DNA of 64,000 nucleotides from the human T2T-CHM13v2.0 reference genome, Homo sapiens, in the NCBI RefSeq assembly GCF_009914755.1, contig NC_060940.1; one strand, written 5' to 3'. This document shows positions 1 through 13,747 of the stretch, one piece after another. Each line of letters begins with the position of its first letter. Position 1 is the first letter of the stretch. The position numbers and the translations under genes were made by a program. Below the pieces are notes generated by a model. The model searched no databases and was not told the DNA's origin. It saw only the letters and a list, made by a program, of their open reading frames with translations.

Positions 1-190
1 AACCCTTTTATAACAAGCACTCTTAGCAAACTAGGAGAAGAAGGAAAATCCTTGAACCTGATGAGGGAGTCTCTCAAAAGCTACCAGATGACATCCTGCT
101 CGATGGGGAGCTGCTGGGCGTTTTCCTCCTGTGACCAGGAAGGGGCGCCTGCCCTCACCACTGCCACCCAGTCTCATTCAACACAGAGTT
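1..190 (+). mobile_element. Old L1M ORF2 fragment
   Basis: cagcaaactaggagaagaaggaaaatccttgaacctgat...ctcattcaacacag resembles degenerate L1 ORF2 consensus. Confidence 0.6.
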
Positions 191-349
191 TGTCCCCTGT
201 TAGAAACCGAGACGTTGGTTACACGTGGAGGTTGGGAGTGGCTCAGGCAGGCAGAGGGGCTTCTGGGAACCTGGCCATGTTCCCTTTCAGTCTGGGCGCT
301 ACTTAGAGCAGGGGGCAGTTGCTTCAATAAAACTTTAGATTCCCACACA

Positions 350-644
350 GGCCAGGCGTGGTGCTCACACCTGTAATCCCAGCACTTTGGGAGGCCGAGG
401 TGGGCAGATCACCTGACGTCAGGAGTTGGAGACCATCCTGGCCAACATGGTGAAACCCCGTCTCTATTAAAAATACAAAAATTAGCCAGGCATGGTGGTA
501 TGCGCCTGTAGTCCCAGCTAGTTAGGAGGCTGAGGCAGGAGAATCGCTTGAACCCGGGAGGCGGAGGTTGCGGCAAGCCGAGACTGCACCACTGCAATCC
601 AGCCTGGGCGACAGGGCAAGCCTCTGTCTCAAAAGAAAAAAAAA
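350..644 (+). mobile_element. AluS element
   Basis: GGCCAGGCGTGGTG..CTGTAATCCCAGCACTTTGGGAGG dimer with A tail. Confidence 0.95.
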
Positions 645-775
645 TCTACACATCCCTCACCACACTGTACATAGGACAGCTGGGTGTAAATTACATCTCC
701 ATTTAAATGCCTGTCATAGTTTTATACAACTATAAAATATATACGTGCCAAAATAAATTTGATAGGAACATTGGA

Positions 776-926
776 ACCAGGTAAGGTGACGCATACCTGT
801 AGCACTTCGGGAGGATCCTTTGAGCCCAGGAAGTCGAGGCTTCAGTGAGCCATGACTGCACCACTGCACTCTGGCCCAGGCAACAGTGAGATCCTGTCCT
901 AGAAAGAAAAGAGAAAAAAAGAAAAA
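776..926 (+). mobile_element. Old Alu monomer (FRAM/AluJ right arm)
   Basis: GGAGGATCCTTTGAGCCCAGGAAGTCGAGGCTTCAGTGAGCCATG...A-rich tail. Confidence 0.8.
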
Positions 927-1537
927 TGCGATTTGGAAATGTGGAGGTCGAGGTTGACAGCGACACCGAGGTCGAAGCCAGTTGCCCCTGGAGAGCGAGA
1001 GACTGGGCTGGGCCGACTCCCACCTCTGTCGCGAGAGGCCTACGGGCAGGGGCAGGTGGGCAGGGGGACTGTGCTGGGTCTCTGGCCGCGTCTGGACGGC
1101 AGGCGACACTTTCTCCACAAAAAGCGTCAAGAAACCACGACACTTGGTTTCTGGACTTTTCCGCGGAACAGTAACCAGAACAATCGCCATGAAGGTTCGT
1201 TTCTGTCATGGCTCAGTGCAGCCTGGACGCCCTGGACCAGCCCCTCCTGCGCCTGGGCCACGGCCGCTGCCTTCAGGGCATCACTGGTGGGCGGCACAAC
1301 CATCCTCCCTTTGGGGGGTTAATTTCATTTCTTTCCTCCCTTCTTTAATGGTGAATGGAGGAGCACCGAGCACCACTGCAGTCTCAGTTTCAGATCCCAG
1401 CGCCTCGTCCCTGCCCACTGCCCTCGGCCCCGCCCGCCTGCATTGGCAGTGCCCTGGCCCCACCCACCCGTGTCAGCACCGCCCACCGCCCTGGCACCAC
1501 CCACCGAGTTCTCGCCCATGAGGAAGGGGGACCCTGA

Positions 1538-2230
<693 letters not shown>

Positions 2231-3926
2231 CCCGGCAGACTGGGACTGCGGGTCTGGTGGGGAGCAGCAGACGTCCCCTTCACACCGAGAACCACGGGGG
2301 CCCGTCCAAGACCTGGCCTCCCTTAAACCTGAACCCCCCAAATCAGGTCACGTAGAATCAAGAACTGTTTGGGATGAAATCACCATGTGGGGTCCCCAGC
2401 CTCGGGCCAGTTGTTGCAGCTCAAGGAGACCGTCCCTGGTGTCACCTCTGCCTGGTCACCGCCGACCTCATCTGTGCAGCGCGGTGCAGCCAGCCCCTGG
2501 CCCCACGTGCTGAGGCACCTCCCGCCCCACAGTGCCCTGCAGTTGCCAGGCTCTCCAGGGCAGGTCCCAGAGGTTTCCCACAAAAAACAAAGACTCCACT
2601 GGAGGAAACAAGCCCCTGTCCCACGCCGTCTGCACGTGCCTGTGCCTCACCCAGAGCCAGTGTCTCCCAGCCCACATAGGAGGTCTGGGCAGCCACCCAG
2701 GGGGCCCTCCTGGGAGGAGCTGAGGGTTCACAAGCCTCCCAGAACCAGCCCTGTCCCATGGGTTCCGTGCATTTCCTGGTGCTGCTCTTGGAGGAGAGCA
2801 GCTCCCACTGTGGGGACACCTGCCACCCTGCACACTACTGTGTGTCCATCAGCATGTGTCACAGAAAGTGCGTGGACGGATGGCCCCGGAGCTGCTCTGC
2901 CCTGACCCTGCCTCACCCCCCAGCGCAGGGACTTTCCAGGTCATCTCCACACCAGCCCCTCAGCCGGTGAACCCTCTCTCCCATCACCGTCTCCACCCAG
3001 ACCCCCACCTGCCCCATGGCCCCCATTTCATGTCTGTGGCTCACCAGCTTTTCCCCAGACCCAGCTCCGGAGCCCACAGGCGTGGCCGATGCAGAAACCT
3101 CAGGAAGGTGTGTTGTGAATGTTGGGTGCACCCACGTTGCATTTACTTAGCGGGGCCAATTCAGATGCACAGGGGCCACATGCAGAATCCAGAAGTTTCT
3201 GGACAATTTTCAGAAGAATAGGCTGCCTCCTCCCCACAGCCTGGGGGAAGTAACAGTCATCGCCCAGCAGTGTCTGGCCTGAACTTACCCAGAACATTCT
3301 GCCCCCGGAATGCACGTCTGAAAGAGTGGCCAGAAACGAGTGTGCCGGGCAGGAGGCCAGCCCCATCTCAGGCTCACGTGCCTCTGACAGGAGACCAGCC
3401 CCATCTCAGACTCACATGCCTCGCGGACAGTTGGACGTGGCCTGGGGCCCCTGCTCACTTGAGCATGTCGCCCACCAAGCTTGTCTGAGGCCACAGAGCA
3501 GCGTCCCAGCCCTGTTTTCCAGGACTGGTGGGTGCCCCAGTCCACGGCCCTGCCCCACCCGAACTCCTGCCTCACGGTGTGGCCTTGTGCATCCCCATGG
3601 CCTGACCCCGGGAACAGTCAGAGGAAGGGGTCCCGCCCTCCCGCCAGAGGCCTGGACCCAAGGGAACGGCAGTCAGAGACTACAGTCCAGACGTTTGTGT
3701 CTAGGCCTTGCTGGTAGCTAAGGAAATGCCTTCTGTTGGGAAAAGGTCAAATTTAACATAGCAAAATTTTTACTTAATTCCACTAATTTTACATTTGCAT
3801 CTCTCCTTTAATCCTGAAACTTTTGATTCCTAAAAAGCTTACATAATCATTTGCTTTATCCGATAGTATACATCAGTATATCATGCTTTCGAAATAATGA
3901 GTGTAACTTTCTGCTGACAATACTAC

Positions 3927-4033
3927 AAACTACAGAAAGCCTGGAGCTCATTGACCAGAAACTGCAGAGAGCCTGGAGCTCGTTGACCACAAACTACAGA
4001 AAGCCTGGAGCTCGTTGACCAGCCCGTTGACCA
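3927..4033. repeat. 32-bp tandem repeat x3 in the ACSF3 3' UTR
   Basis: aaactacagaaagcctggagctc(a/g)ttgacca(g/c) at 3927, 3959, 3991. Confidence 0.85.
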
Positions 4034-4231
4034 GAATACGGTGCTCCAAGGACATGTGGTTGAATGCCGTGTTCTAAAGTCACGAGTGACTCTCCAGCTG
4101 GTCCCTGTGCCAGGCTGGTCGGCCTTCGTGCACACAGTCCGCCAGTGCCCAGCCAGGCCCCTGGTTCCCCTCTGCTCCACCAGCCGAGAACAAGCCCGTC
4201 CTGGAGGGAACTCATCCTCTCCTCCCTCCCC

Positions 4232-4237
4232 ATTAAA
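4232..4237 (+). terminator. ACSF3: Candidate ACSF3 polyadenylation signal ATTAAA (3' UTR about 2231-4255)
   Basis: ATTAAA about 2 kb after the stop; no AATAAA seen earlier in the UTR. Assignment is inferred. Confidence 0.55.
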
Positions 4238-5465
4238 GCCCAGTTTATTCCCCATCTTGGCCTCTGGTGCTGACCTGGCCTCTGGAGACACAGGCCAGGG
4301 GGGTGCTGTTTGCGAACTCACCGTGACTGAGCTCCATGAGGATACCACAGTCCCACGTGGCTGGCAGCGCCCACCCCACACACCCTGCCCCTTGCTGGGC
4401 GGCCCCATGCCACAAAAGTTAGACCCAGGAGCAGGTGCCCTGGGAGCAGGCTGCCACCAGCTGGGTCAGAAGCCCCTCTACATGCCTGGTGCTTTTGACC
4501 TCCTAGGGAGGCTGGCTTGAATCTGGAAAGTCACCAGCTCTGACCCCAGCCAGACACGGGGGTGCTGCCAGGAGATGCTCCCAGGCGGGTGGCCCAGCTT
4601 CTCTCAGGCACCAGGGGATGGCAGGACTCCTGGTGACCAGCTGGTCCCCAAAGCCGTGGCACCGCGCCTGCTGCTGCCAGCAAAGTCCCACACACAGCCT
4701 GTGGCAGGTGCCGCCCCATTCTTTCTGCCCCTCCCTCATCAGGGGCCAGGGTGAAGCCCCTGCCGCCCTCTGCCTTCCCTCCACCTGCGGCTTCCCTGGC
4801 AGGGAGACCATGGACCCAGCTCCTGCCTCCTCCATTCGATTAACAGATAGGGCCCAGGCCAGCAGCCCAGGCATTAGGCTGGCCGGTCCACTGAGGCCTA
4901 GACAGGCCAGGCCTGAGGCAGCTCAGGAGTGCCAAGCTGGCCCCACGTTCCCACCCAACAGCGGCCCTTGGGGCTGCCTTCCTGCCAGGTGTCCAGGCCC
5001 AACACACAAGACCTGAGCCTGCTCTGCCTCAGTTTCCCTACTCTGTGAACTGCGGCTGCTGCTCTCTCGGGGCCCTTCTAGCCCTGGCCAAGGGGTGGGG
5101 GCTTTGTTCCCTCGGGCGTCCTGTCCCTGGGGACTGGCCACACACACACCACACACTGCCCTCCCACCTGGACTCTGTCCCAGCGGCACCAGGGTCAGGA
5201 GCAGGAGCCTCAGGACCCACGCAGCACCAGGCACAGCACGGAGTGAGGCAGTGGGCGGTGTGGCAAGCGCTGTGTGCACCACTAACCTGGAGGAGCCACG
5301 GCTCCCGGACCCTCGTGTCAAAGCTGCCGGCCTCCTTTGCTGGGAGCCTGAGAGGAGGTCCTGGTGCAGAACAGCAGCTTGTTGCCAGCCACAGTGAGAA
5401 GGTGGTGAGTGTGCCAGCCACTGAGTTAACCATCAGTAACAGGAGGCGTGTGCAGACAGGTGTGG

Positions 5466-6830
5466 ACCACAGGTATGTATGTCACATGCCTGCATACGTC
5501 ACATGTATGTGTATCTCACACGCCTGCATACACCACAGGTATGTATGTCACACGCCTGCATATGTCACATGTATGTGTCTCACACGCCTGCATAAGTCAC
5601 ATGCATGTGTGTCTCACGCCTGCATACACCACAGGTATGTATGTCTCACGCCTGCATATGTCACATGTATGTATCTCACACGCCTGCATATGTCACATGT
5701 ATGTGTATCTCACATGCCTGCATATGTCACATCTATGTGTATTTCACACGCCTGCATACACCACAGGTATGTATGTCTCACGCCTGCATGTCACATGTAT
5801 GTGTGTCTCACACGCCTGCATAAGTCACATGCATGTGTCTCACACGCCTGCATACACCACAGGTATGTAAGTCACACGCCTGCATGTCACATGTGTGTCT
5901 CACATGCCTACATGTGTCACATGTATGTGTATCTCACACGCCTGCATACACCACAGGGATGTATGTCTCACGCCTGCATATGTCACATGTATGTGTATCT
6001 CACATGCCTGCATGTCACATGTATGTGTCTCACACGCCTGCATACACCACAGGTATGTATGTCTCACGCCTGCATATGTCACATGTATGTGTATCTCACA
6101 CGCCTGCATGTCACACGTATATGTCACACGCCTGCATATGTCACATGTATGTGTATCACACACCTGCATACACCACAGGTATGTATGTCACGCCTGCATA
6201 TGTCACATGTATGTGTGTCTCACACGCCTGCATAAGTCACATGTATGTGTCTCACGCCTGCATACACCACAGGTATGTATGTCTCACGCCTGCATGTCAC
6301 ATGTATGTGTATCTCACACGCCTGCATATGTCACATGTATGTGTATCTCACACGCCTGCATATGTCACATGTATGTGTATCTCACACGCCTGCATACACC
6401 ACAGGTATGTATGTCTCACGCCTGCATATGTTACATGTATGTGTATCTCACACGCCTGCATACACCACAGGTATGTATGTCTCACACACGCCTGCATATA
6501 TCACATGTATATGTGTCACACATGCCTGCATACACCACATGTATGTCACACACATCTGCATATATCACTTGTATGTGTCTCACACACCTGCATACACATA
6601 TATGCCTCACACGCCTGCATCTATCATGTGTGTGTCTCACACACCTGCATATATCACATGTATGTGTCTCACAGCTGCATACACCACAGGTATGTGTCTC
6701 ACACACGCCTGCATATATCACATGTATGTGTATCTCACACGCCTGCATATGTCACATGTATGTGTATCTCACACGCCTGCATATATCACATGTATGTGTG
6801 TGTCACACACACACCTGCATACATACAGGC
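5466..6830. repeat. About 1.35-kb CA/TG-rich minisatellite (30-34-bp units of two types)
   Basis: Alternating cacgcctgcatacaccacaggtatgtatgtct and cacgcctgcatatgtcacatgtatgtgtatct units. Confidence 0.95.
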
Positions 6831-9326
6831 ACATGGACACCTGTGTGCACACCAGTCCCTCCCTTCCCCGTCACCATCAGGTTCAGCCGGGCCTGTGGTC
6901 ACTGCTTCCCCGAGGCAGCTGCAATGGGGCCCCGGCTCCCCCTACATGGTGCGTCTGATCAGGTTGGGACTCGCTCAGGTAGCTCTCATCACAAGGTCCT
7001 TGTGCACTGTTGCGGCTGCTCTTGGTGGCCCTTCTAGAGCCTTCCTGAGCCAGAGCAGACTCCTGCTCCCCCCAGACCCCCTGGGAGTCGATTCTGTCCC
7101 CTTCTTCCTGGCCGCAGGTCGGTGCAGCCGCTTTCCTGCCTGGAAGAGTAAAGTGGACCCTGTGTGAAAACATTGACGACGTGGCAAATGAGCAGCAAAT
7201 TGATCAATACGAATGATCACGCCCCATGTGCATCTCCTCAGCAGCCACAAGAGAGACGAGGTCACTGGAAGATAAACATCCGTGACTGCACCTCATGATC
7301 CATCACGCACGACGGCCGCAGCATCTCCTGCCAGCTGCCGGCACAGACAAGAGCACGGGATGGACGACCGCGGTAGCAACGTGGGGCTCATCTGCCTCTC
7401 TCTGAGCAGGAAGCCCGTAGGTCCCCACAGGCGGGTGCACGGAAGGGGTGGGTCCTGGGCCCAACAGGCACCCCCTGAGCACCAGCCCGTCTGAGGGTGG
7501 GCGGAGGGCGCTGCCGCAGGTCCCCACATACCCAGCGCACGCTCACCCCACACTGGAGGCACCTGCCGGGTTCTGACACCCCTCGAGGTGCCTTCCCAGG
7601 GTTCTCACACCCACTGAAGGCAGCGCGCTCAGCCTGCTTTGCACATGAGCCGCTGAGGCAGGCGAGTTGAGGGCGAGGGTGTGAATCACGAGCTTGGGGC
7701 CAAAGCCCAAGGTCGTCCCCTCTGGCCGGCAAGCTCAGGCTCACACGGGGAGCCACCAGGCTGGACTGGGTGCAGCTTACGGACGTGGCGCGTGCTGTGG
7801 GCGTCGGGCCGCGGCTCCTCCATGCAGTACTTACACTGCTGTCTGCAGATCGCACCCAATCAGGAGGGAATGGTCCAGGCAGGTGGGCAAGGCCACGGTT
7901 TGGCCAGGTAAGGCTGGGAGGGCCCAGGATGATTGTGCGTTGAGCCAGGCAGATCTGGAGAGGCGGAGGGATGGGGACGGAGCGCCATGCAGAGGCCGCT
8001 CGGTCCTCAGGAGCTGAGCATCACCCTGGGAGTCTCAAGGAGGGTGTCCCCTGGCCTTAGCGGGCAGCCAGGGCCAGCATGTGGTCTGTGGCAGCCGGTC
8101 TCAGAGGTGGCCTGGTTCGCAGTCTTGCCGGATGGAGATCCCCAGCTCCTAGGGCAAGGGCAGGTGGGGTGGGGCCGCCTCGGTCAGCTGATAGGAACTG
8201 AACTGAGAAGGCTGTGAGCCGCTGAGTCGCCCTAACTGCAGGGTGGTCCTGCGGGCAGTACTGAGCCCGCCCTGCTGGGCACCCCACAGCCCCTGTGGCT
8301 CTCCAGCTGCCACTGAGGCCGGACGCCTCATGAGGAGGCTCCCATCTGTGGGTGGCAGAATGACGGCCCCGAAGACCCCCCGCTTCCTCACCCGAAGACC
8401 CCCGCTTCCTCACCCTGGGACCTGTGAGTTCACACAGCAGCGGGGACCTGCGACTGTGGACGGCACATCAGCTCCCTCAACAGGGAGGCTGCCCTGGGTG
8501 ACCCGCGAGGGCACAGGGTACCTCCGTCCTGCTGAGTGGAAGAGGGAGGCCATGGCGGAGGCGGGCGTGAGGGGGACTGGCCTGCCACTACTGGCTTCGT
8601 GAGGTGCCCCCAGCCAAGGAGAGGCCTCCCGAAGCCGGAAGAGGCGGAAAATGGATTCTCCCAGGAGCCTCCAGAAGGAACCTTGGTGTTGGTGGAATGG
8701 GATGTGAGAGGACACGCGGGTGATGTGTCTTGGGTCACACCAGTTCCCGGTCCCCGCACCAGCCCGCCCTGGGCGGGAAGCCTAAGAGGAATGGAGGGGC
8801 CATCGTGGGGCTCTCCCGGAAACTGGCCCCGGGTGCCTCGGTCCCTGCGTCAGTGCGGGGTTTCGGTGGCCGCCCTGCTGGCTCCGGGCACTCCCTCCGT
8901 CTTCCTGCCACGCGGCTGGTCCTTCCTGGGCTGGGCTGAGTCACCCTCCATGCCCACCCGTCATACCCGGCAAGAGCTGGGGGCGTGAAGCCAGGCCCAG
9001 GTGGGCTGTGGCGGCATCCAGGTGGAAGGACGTGGAGGACTCGGAGGCGGAGGGGTCTCCAGGGCAGGGCAGGGCCAGTTGCCTGGGGCCATCTGCTGTG
9101 TCCAGGAGCCCGGCGCTGCCACTGGCCTTGCCCCAAGGCCCAGCTCTGCCCTTCATCCCTTCAGCACCTCCCCGTACCTTCCTTCCATGGGTCTTAAGCT
9201 GTGGCAAGTCCTTAAGCTGGGACGGCCAGCGCCAGCCCTGCCCCCAACAGGTCACTCAGCGGCTCGGAGCCCACGTCCTCCTCGGTGACACAGGAAAATG
9301 GTGCAGTTGTGCAAGGGCATGAGAGG

Positions 9327-9512
9327 GTCCCATGGAAGGCACGTTCCAGAAGGTTCTGTCCCATGGAAGGCACGTTCCGGAAGGTTCCATCCCATGGAAG
9401 CCACGTTCCAGAAGTTTCCATGCTGTGGAAGGCATGTTCCGGAAGTTTCCGTCCCGTGGAAGGCACGTTCTGGAAGGTTCTGTCCGGTGGAAGGCACGTT
9501 CCAGAAGGTTCC
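9327..9512. repeat. 31-bp minisatellite x6, each unit containing a perfect TTCnnGAAnnTTC heat-shock element
   Basis: HSE cores at 9344, 9375, 9406, 9437, 9468, 9499. Confidence 0.92.
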
Positions 9513-11214
9513 TAGCCCAGCTCCAAACACAGGCTGCAGGCTCAGCAGAGGGGTCTTCTTCTTGCCCACAGTCCCTGACCAGTGGGCTCCCCAGGGCCCT
9601 GTCGGAGCTGGAATGGGTGGAGCTTGGTGCCTGCAGGCCAGTCAGCACATCTTCAGAATCCATGGTGCTCCCAGGCTGGCCCAGGGCCTTAGGAGCACAG
9701 GGTGGGCACAGGACCCCAGGCTCTGCCAGCCAGGCCCTGACCGTCCTGGGCCAGCCGCTGCCCCCGTTCTGCATCCGCCCCTGTGCGATGCGACCTCTCT
9801 GGTGGCGCCCATCCCAGCTTCATTCCCCTGTGGGCCCTGCTTCAGTCTGCCTGGGACACGTGGGCGCGTGTGTGAGTTCGCATCAGCGAGCATGCGTGCA
9901 GCGTGTCACATATACATACACGTGGGCGCACCTGCACACCCATGTGTCACAGAGGAGGGAGACGGACTCACACGTGGTGGCCCTAGCCACACCCTCAGTC
10001 CTCTCTAAAGCACCAGCCGGTGCCCACCCAGGCAGCCCCTCATCATAGGCTCACAGGGCACGCCCCCCATTGCCAGTCTGACCAGACACTCACAACCATT
10101 CAGTTACTCTAGCCACGGAGTCATCAGTCTCCTTCATTACCACCTGCCCACCCTCCTCTGCCGCACAGCAAAGCCCATTAAGACAGCAGCAATGCGAGCA
10201 GCACGTGGTGCCTTTCATGCATCAGCCGCTTGCCCATATTCCCACCCCATGGGGAAGAGCTTCATCTTAGCTAGAAAAAGATGACACCCCACACCAGCTG
10301 AATAGGCTGCGTGCACACACACCTCCACACGCGCACATACACACACATGCTGACAGGTGTGCACATATGCGCACGTGCACACACAAATACGCACGCACAG
10401 CACACACAGACACATAAGTGTCCATAAACAACACAGATCTGGCCTCAGAGCCACCCTCCAGGTGCGGCTGCCCCGGGCCCCAGGTGCGGCTGCACCGTGC
10501 TGTGGTGACAGCCACAGCAGGATCAGAGCAGCCTCAAGGCCCTTCAGGAGCCGGCAGAGCTGGCCCCAGGCTGAGCTTGGGGAGGTGAGCCCAGGCCTGG
10601 GACCGACGCTTCCCAATTGGCGGGCAGAGTCCATGCAGCCCCTCCCAGTCTACACGGAAGCCCACGTGTCCACCTCCTGCTTCTGCTGTCCCCAGGACAG
10701 TGAAATTTACTAATGTGGATTAAGAACATTTTTTAAATAAAAAAACATTTTACACATTGAGGACGGAAGAGAGAAGATTACGGCCAACCAACCCCGTGCA
10801 CTTCCCCGCCCAGGTTCATGGAGTCTGAGCCCTCTGGCCTCCTGAGCCTCTGGGCTCTGTCACCAGGTGGGCGCCTTCCCCAGCCCGTGAGGCTCGCCGC
10901 TCACGGGGGCCCCGATGCCTGAGTGATGTCATGGATTTAGGTTTCAGTGCTGGCACATGTGGCCCGCAGAGCTCAGCTCCTCTGTGAGGGACGTTTCGGC
11001 TCCTGTGGGCTTTGCTGTCCCCCATGCTGACTCTGCCTCACTTGGTTGTCCTCAGGTCACTCTGTGCGGTGTGCACTGACCCCAGCCAGTGGATGTTCCC
11101 CGTCCAAGAGCAAAGCTACAGTCGGCTGCAGGTGCAGTGACTTTTGCACAGTGGAAGAATTTCTCCAGAAGATATTCCTGCAGGTGGAATCACTGGATCG
11201 TAGGCCCAGATGTC

Positions 11215-11605
11215 TTCCACTTACTTGATTTTGCCTGATGCCTTCCAAGGAGGCTGTGCACAGCAGGTGTGAGATGCCCCATCTCACCAACCGGCCAACA
11301 TCCCGATGGGAGATGTTGAGTTTTCACCACGCTGCTGAGTGTGACGTGGAATCTTCTTATTTTAGCTTGCATTTCCCTGATTACAAGTCAGGTGGAACAT
11401 CTCGAATATGTTTCTGGGCCATTTGATTTTCCTGCAAGTCACCTGTTCCAGTTCTTTGCCCATTTCCTGTTGGGTTGGTCAATATTTTTTGTGATTACAC
11501 GTTGGATACATGGCTGGCCTTTGGCTTGCCTTTGACTTCGTTTGTTCTATCGAAGCATGTGCAGAATTGTTAAATTTTAATGTATTCAAATGCATTAATC
11601 TCATT
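11215..11605 (-). mobile_element. Old L1M fragment (antisense)
   Basis: ttgcatttccctgattac...gaacatct...ggccatttg...tctttgcccattt resembles antisense L1 ORF2 end. Confidence 0.6.
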
Positions 11606-11611
11606 TCTTAT

Positions 11612-11910
11612 TTTTGTTGTTTTATTTTTTGTTTTTTGTTTTTTTGAGACAGAGTCTCGCTCTGTCTCCCAGGCTGGAATACAGTGACACGATCTTGGCT
11701 CACTGCAACCTCTGCCTCCCCACTTCAAGCAATCCTCCTGCCTCAGCTTCCTGAGAAGCTGGGACCACAGGCATGTGCCATCATGTCCGGCTAATTTTCT
11801 TTTTAAAATGTTGTAGCAATGGAGCCTGGGCTCAAGCCATCCTCCCACCTCAGCCTGCCAAGTAGCTGGGACCACAGACATGTGCCACTGCCACGCCCAG
11901 CTAGCCTTTA
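11612..11910 (-). mobile_element. AluJ-like element(s), rearranged
   Basis: T-tract + gagacagagtctcgctctgt...; a second partial right arm follows at about 11820-11905. Confidence 0.85.
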
Positions 11911-12164
11911 ATATTTTTAAATGCTGTAAGATCTGCAGGTTTTTTTCCAACCAAGTTTATAGCTTTTCACCCCACGGATCCCCCGAGGCCATGACAGGCA
12001 GTGACCTCCTTGGGGCACCCGCAGAGTCCTCCCCCCCATCTTGGGAGGGCTTGTCCAGTTTCAGTTTTGTTTGTTTACTAGGCTTTGTTTTACAGTCACT
12101 AGTTAAATTTACTAACATTTTTCAACTTCTTGTCTCAAGGGACTTCATTTTAATAAACAATATC

Positions 12165-12252
12165 TTTTCTCTTTTCTTTCTTCCTTTTTTTTTTTTTTTT
12201 TGAGACGTAGTTTTGTTCTTGTTGCCCAGCCTGGAGAGCAGTGGCACAATCC
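12165..12252 (-). mobile_element. Truncated Alu 3' end
   Basis: Poly-T + gagacg...gttgcccagcctggagagcagtggcacaatc. Confidence 0.75.
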
Positions 12253-13747
12253 CGGGGTGTGGCTGCTCAGCCTGGAATCCTGGCCCTGGGGAAGGCTCCG
12301 GATCTGTCCCATGGTTTTTGAACCATCCTGGGTGCAGGCCTCTTTCTGGGCCTCCCCTGGTCCAAGTCCACTCTGTCTGGAGAAGGAGAAAGAGGATAAC
12401 AGGAATGGCTGGGCCCTGGAGCCCTGATCCCCCAGGACGGCCCAGCCTTTCTTCCCAGCCCTGACGGCCGCAGAGCCCTGCCTGTGGGCCAGGCCTGGAG
12501 GGGTCATCGGACGGGTCGCTGAACAGCCTCTCTCCCACCTGCAGCTGGAGACGGAGATTAAACGCGGGGAGACTGGCGGCGTCAGCTAAATTGATTCTAT
12601 TACAGCGACTGATTTAATCTGAATGGTCGTTACTGTGATTTATACGGCTGCTTGGGATTCTTTGCTCCCAAATTTGTCTCCCGTCCACTTGATATTGATT
12701 GAAAGACGATGAAGGAGGTGGGGAGGGGCGGGGCTGCCTGAGCTGACTCAGGGACCCCTAACCCCTTCCTCTCTGCCCCGATTGCAGGGGTGCCAAGCAC
12801 AGCTGTGCTGGGAAGAGCAGGAGGCAGCGGAGAGGACCTGGTGCCCTCCGTGTCCAGCACACGCCCCCTGGCCTCTGCCCTCCCTCCCACCCAGCTCTGG
12901 CCCAGAAGCGCCTGCCACCAGGCGGCCCATCCTTCCAGAAGCTTCTAGCAGATGGGACCGTCATCTCCCAGCCGTGGCCCTGGCCGGCCCCCCCAAAGGG
13001 CAGGGTGTGGAATGACCCAGGGCAATGCTGGGCTCCTCCGATGACGAAGCCGGAAGCTCAAAGGGTCTCTCTGAGAACTGGGGGCCTTACCCCAAGTTTC
13101 TTCATGTCCAGGGATCAGAACTGAGAGCTGCCAGCTCCTGAGGCAGCCCTGCCCTCCACAGGTGCCAACCACCACCCAGGAGACGGGATGGTAGGAACAG
13201 TAAGATGGTGGTCAGGAGGCAGCCACCCTGGCCTCCTCCAGTCTGGGCACCACCCAGCTCCAAGAGCCAGGCTGGGTGGCCAGGGCACTGCCACTGTCCC
13301 ATGGCACAGGCTACCTTCAGGGACACTGGGGATGAGGCAGCCCCCTGGACTATAGATGCAGCCGGGGCCCCTTTAACTCCCATCCCTACCCCGTGCCCTT
13401 CTCCCTACCCAGAAGCTCCTGTCCTTGCAAAGGACAGCACCCCCGCCCGCCCTCCCTGGGCAGCCAGCAGTTCTCACTGCCCTCTCCGGGGTGCTCAGTG
13501 CCTGTGGCTGACGGGGAGGACAGGTTTTGGGGGCACTGCCCTGTGCTCCCCATGCCCACCCTACCATGGGCCCAGCATGCTCAGGAGGACCCCGTCACAC
13601 GACCTTCCTTCCAGGGCCCCAGAGCATGCGGAGCCCCTCCTCCCCTCTGCGGCCCCTTCCTGCTCCCTCTTCCACCCTCCTCCCTCCCTCCTGTCACAGT
13701 GTTGGGTTATGGGGATAAAGGACAGAGGCCTGGGGCACTGAGGGAGG

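Larger units (their letters stand above)
7200..12180 (+). ncRNA. Probable lncRNA territory between ACSF3 and CDH15 (a lincRNA, recalled as LINC00304, maps here); boundaries approximate
   Basis: Positional recollection, plus a strong donor CAG|GTAAGG near 7907 and AATAAA at 10736 and 12152. No credible ORF; exon structure not derivable. Confidence 0.3.

Noticed and set aside
5045-7167. Long His/Cys/Met-rich ORFs (396, 444, 380 aa)
   Set aside because: Translations of a stop-poor CA/TG minisatellite, open in several frames at once.
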